From the NCBI GenBank assembly GCA_965116665.1, contig OZ220709.1, positions 1,940,062 to 2,004,061 on the forward strand: 64,000 nt of DNA. The letters are read 5' to 3'. The stretch is from Acidimicrobiales bacterium (GTDB lineage Bacteria; Actinomycetota; Acidimicrobiia; Acidimicrobiales; Aldehydirespiratoraceae). Position numbers and translations under genes: made by a program. Below the pieces are notes generated by a model. It ran no database searches and was not told the origin of the DNA. It saw only the letters and a program-made list of their open reading frames with translations. This document shows, in pieces, positions 61,205 through 64,000 of the stretch (within the stretch, counting starts at the first letter, position 1; each line of letters starts with the position of its first letter).

Positions 61205-62350
61205 TCAGCGGATGGCGCTTATCCCGAGGATCTCCCGGCCGATCAGCAGCTTCTGGATCTCAGTTGTGCCGTCGGGCATGGTCAGCATGCGAGCGTCCCG
61301 GAAGTACTGCTCCAGCGGATACTCGGTCGACAGCCCGTAGGCGCCATGCACTTGAATGGCCAGGCTGGTGACCTTCACCGCGGCTTCGGTGGCGTAGTAC
61401 TTGGCCATGGAGGACTCGAGCCGGGCCTCCACACCCCGATCCAGGAGTTCCAGGGCCCGGTAGCACAGGTACCGGCTGGTGTCGATGAGGGTGGCCATGT
61501 CCACGATCATCGACTGGACCAGCTGGAAGGCCCCGATCGGCTTGCCGAACTGGCGTCGCTCCTTGGCATGGGCCACGCTGGCGTCATAGGCCTTGCGGGC
61601 CAGATGCACCGCCATCAGTCCGAGCAGGGCCCGCTGAGTGAGCCACGACGCCGTCAGCGAGGCCAGCCCGCCCTCGCCGATGAGATTGCCGGCCGGCACC
61701 CGGCACCCGTCGAACACCACCTCGCCCAGGTGGTGGCGTCGAAGTCCCATCAACTCCAGGTCGCGGGTCTCGAAGGAGGACTGCTCCCGGTCGATGAGCA
61801 GGCGGCCCACCACTGCTCGGCCGCGGTCGTCGGTGCCTAGCCGCACCGCGGCCAGCAGGATGTCGGCGATCGTGCAATGGCTGCTCCAGACCTTGCGCCC
61901 ATCGACGACGTAGCTGTCGCCGTCGCGTTCCGCCCGGGTCGTGATGCTGGTCACGTCCGATCCGGCGTCGGGCTCGCTTATCGATGATCCGGCCATGATC
62001 TCGCCCTCTATCAGTCGGGGGAGGTAGCGGTCGACGATCTCCGGGGAGCCGCCGTCCAGCAGCCTGAGGCCGATGATGTCGTTGGCGGATGCGGTGAGGC
62101 TCACATCCGGGGGGAACTCCTCATAGAGGATCCCCAGAGACACGGCGTCCATGCCGGCCCCGCCGAGGTGACCAGGCACCCGTGCGCTGAGCATCCCGAA
62201 GGGCTTGACCATGCCCAGGAGCTCGAACACCGAGTCGCGGGGCAGTGGCTCATCGGGGTGCCGGGCCAGGAAGGGCTCAAGTTGTTGGGCCGCGAAGTCC
62301 CGGGCGGTGGCCTGCAGGAGAGCCTGCTCGTCGTCGAACTCGAGTCTCAT
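61205..62350 (-). CDS. acyl-CoA dehydrogenase
   Basis: 381 aa. It carries the typical ACAD signatures (GSSISEPDAGSD, QVHGAYGLSTEYPLEQYFRDA). Confidence 0.9.
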   Translation of the reverse strand: MRLEFDDEQALLQATARDFAAQQLEPFLARHPDEPLPRDSVFELLGMVKPFGMLSARVPGHLGGAGMDAVSLGILYEEFPPDVSLTASANDIIGLRLLDGGSPEIVDRYLPRLIEGEIMAGSSISEPDAGSDVTSITTRAERDGDSYVVDGRKVWSSHCTIADILLAAVRLGTDDRGRAVVGRLLIDREQSSFETRDLELMGLRRHHLGEVVFDGCRVPAGNLIGEGGLASLTASWLTQRALLGLMAVHLARKAYDASVAHAKERRQFGKPIGAFQLVQSMIVDMATLIDTSRYLCYRALELLDRGVEARLESSMAKYYATEAAVKVTSLAIQVHGAYGLSTEYPLEQYFRDARMLTMPDGTTEIQKLLIGREILGISAIR

Positions 62351-62381
62351 CGTCTCCTCGCGCTCCTATCGGGCCGGCCGG

Positions 62382-63410
62382 TCAGCGGCTGCGCCCGCCG
62401 AGCGGCCGTGGCGGCCACGCGTCGGGATTGGCGACGGTCGCCACCGCCGGCGGGGTCCTCTCCAGCGCGGCCCGCACCGCGTCGGCCACCGCGTCGGCCA
62501 TGTTGCGAGCGGCGATGTCGGTGAGGCCGGCGTTGGCCTCGGTCAGCACCACGTTGCCATGGCCCATCAGCGGGGAGGAGTAGTCGGGGATGTGGTTGGG
62601 CCAGGTGTCGAGGGCAGCGCCGGCGATGCGGTCCTGCACCACCAACTCGGTGAGGGTTTCGAGGTCAAGGACCTCGACCCGGGCTGTGACCACGACGAGT
62701 GCGCTCGGCTTCATGAGGCGTAGCAGCTCTTCGTTGAGAAGGCCCCTGGTTGCCGGGTTGAGCGCGAGATGCACCGACACGACGTCGGCTGTCGCCATGA
62801 GCTCGGGCAGCGGGACGGTCTCGTATCCGGCCGCCTCGGCCGCCTCGGGCTGCCGGCACCACACCAGCACCCTCATTCCGAGCCCGGCCTGCGCGATGCG
62901 GGCCACCCGGCGGGCCACGTGGCCGAACCCGACCAGCCCGATGGTTCGCCCTTGGAACTCCATGCCCCAGGTTCGTACGTGGGCCAGCTTGAACTCGCCG
63001 GAGCGCATACGGCGATCCGAACGCACGATGCCATTGCCAAGCGCAAGGGCCAGGCCGACGGTGTGCTCGGCCACCGCCTGTGCGTTGGCCCCCGGCGCGT
63101 GAAGTACGGCGATCCCGAGGTCGGTGGCCGCGTCGACGTCGCAGTGGATGGCCGTTCCCAGGTCTACGCAGGCCAGCAGCCGGGACGAGGCTTCCAGCAG
63201 ATCGCGGTCCAGGAAGAATCCGGCGAAGGTGCAGAGCACGTCCACGCCGGCCAATCCGGCGACGGTCGGCTGCACGAGGCGCAGCTCTCCCATCTCCTCG
63301 AGGTCGGCCCGCAACCGGTCGGTGATCAGGCATCGCTCGTGCAGGTACCCGATGACGGGCCGTCGGCGAACCGTTCTGTCGGCGGTGGTGGGGGTCGCGG
63401 TCGTGGTCAC
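62382..63410 (-). CDS. D-isomer-specific 2-hydroxyacid dehydrogenase-family protein
   Basis: GRTIGLVGFGHVARRVARIA (GxGxxG), and DVVSVHLALNPATRGLL. Confidence 0.85.
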   Translation of the reverse strand: MTTTATPTTADRTVRRRPVIGYLHERCLITDRLRADLEEMGELRLVQPTVAGLAGVDVLCTFAGFFLDRDLLEASSRLLACVDLGTAIHCDVDAATDLGIAVLHAPGANAQAVAEHTVGLALALGNGIVRSDRRMRSGEFKLAHVRTWGMEFQGRTIGLVGFGHVARRVARIAQAGLGMRVLVWCRQPEAAEAAGYETVPLPELMATADVVSVHLALNPATRGLLNEELLRLMKPSALVVVTARVEVLDLETLTELVVQDRIAGAALDTWPNHIPDYSSPLMGHGNVVLTEANAGLTDIAARNMADAVADAVRAALERTPPAVATVANPDAWPPRPLGGRSR

Positions 63411-63526
63411 GGCCTCTCAGCTCCAGCCCGAGGGCATCGAGTTCGCGTCCTGCGGCTGACGATCGGTGCGAACTGTTGACCTAGATTATCCCTGGTGCCA
63501 TCACACTCCGGCGTTAGGAGCCCTTC

Positions 63527-64000
63527 ATGGAGCTGAGCAGCACGGCCCGACGCTACGTCGACATCGTCAAGGGCTTGGCGCCCGAGCTGGAGGAGCTCTC
63601 CGACCGGGTCGAGGCGGAGGTTCACGACATCGCGGCACGCGAGGACCCGGTGTCGCAGCGCATCTATGAGCTGGTGATCGGCAACGATCTGCACCGGCTG
63701 ACCCTCCCCGAGGAGTGGGGCGGCCGGGGCCTCAGCACCGCGGATTACTTCCCGGTTCTGGAGGAGGTCGCAGGAATCAACGGCGCGCTGCGGATGGTGG
63801 TGCACGGAGCCAACGGCATGTGGCGGCTGGTGCACCAGTACGGCACCGACGCCCAGAAGGCGCACTGGCTGCCCCGCATGGCCGCGGGCGACACCGTCAC
63901 GTTCGGCCTGACCGAGCCCGACAACGGCACGGGGCGCGACATCTCGACCACCGCGGTCCGCGACGGCGACACCTGGGTGATCAACGGGCGCAAGTGGCTC
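63527..64000 (+). CDS. acyl-CoA dehydrogenase, N-terminal part (runs off the right edge)
   Basis: ATG with AGGAG 6 nt upstream. GLTEPDNGTGRDISTTAVRDGDTWVINGRKWL is the ACAD mid-domain signature. Confidence 0.85.
   Translation, partial: MELSSTARRYVDIVKGLAPELEELSDRVEAEVHDIAAREDPVSQRIYELVIGNDLHRLTLPEEWGGRGLSTADYFPVLEEVAGINGALRMVVHGANGMWRLVHQYGTDAQKAHWLPRMAAGDTVTFGLTEPDNGTGRDISTTAVRDGDTWVINGRKWL

Noticed and set aside
1-64000. CRISPR arrays, rRNA genes and additional tRNAs.
   Set aside because: I saw no regularly spaced 25-40-bp direct repeats with unique spacers, and no rRNA-like conserved stretches. The only repeats found are the iteron array, the IS inverted repeats, the 16-bp inverted repeat, the short operators and the 15-bp tandem repeat.

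Overview
This is a 64-kb stretch of a high-G+C, actinobacterial-type chromosome. Hand counts of sampled lines give about 67% G+C in housekeeping genes. The backbone follows a conserved housekeeping order: pdtaR-polA-rpsA-coaE-uvrB ... uvrA-uvrC ... rapZ-gap-pgk-tpiA-secG. After that come tRNA-Leu(GAG) and a block of redox and lipid-type metabolic genes (F420-type enzymes, a CoxL-like protein, a sulfotransferase/alkylsulfatase-like operon, acyl-CoA dehydrogenases).

Four accessory segments interrupt the backbone:
- (1) 1-5.3 kb: the right end of a phage-like integrative element (HNH, TerL, small ORF, RepA-like ATPase, Xis, P4-type integrase, all on the minus strand). It carries a dense CGTCC/GGACG iteron array at 2271-2393.
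- (2) 5.3-9.3 kb: a TA/Abi island (AbrB + PIN-like, VapBC, AbiEi/AbiEii, orphan AlpA-like HTH). It ends at a 5-prime stump of an FAD-dependent oxidoreductase.
- (3) 17.4-24.0 kb: an island between uvrB and uvrA (Phd/RelE, a low-GC 685-aa Mrr-type nuclease with a tandemly duplicated winged-helix module, HicAB, an unknown 147-aa gene, and DUF222-HNH plus a 117-aa ORF plus PP2C).
- (4) 41.3-46.4 kb, next to tRNA-Leu: an IS1595-family element with 27-bp terminal inverted repeats and about 2.6 kb of passenger DNA (an SLH + M6-like metalloprotease). It has truncated a P-loop ATPase gene. An IS481-type transposase remnant and ParDE follow.

A further MazEF pair sits at 48 kb, which brings the total to seven TA/Abi modules. 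The best candidates for something new are the 685-aa nuclease and its island, the iteron array, and the cargo-carrying IS. No CRISPR array or rRNA gene was seen, and tRNA-Leu is the only intact tRNA. All family assignments rest on motifs read by eye, and no database search was run.
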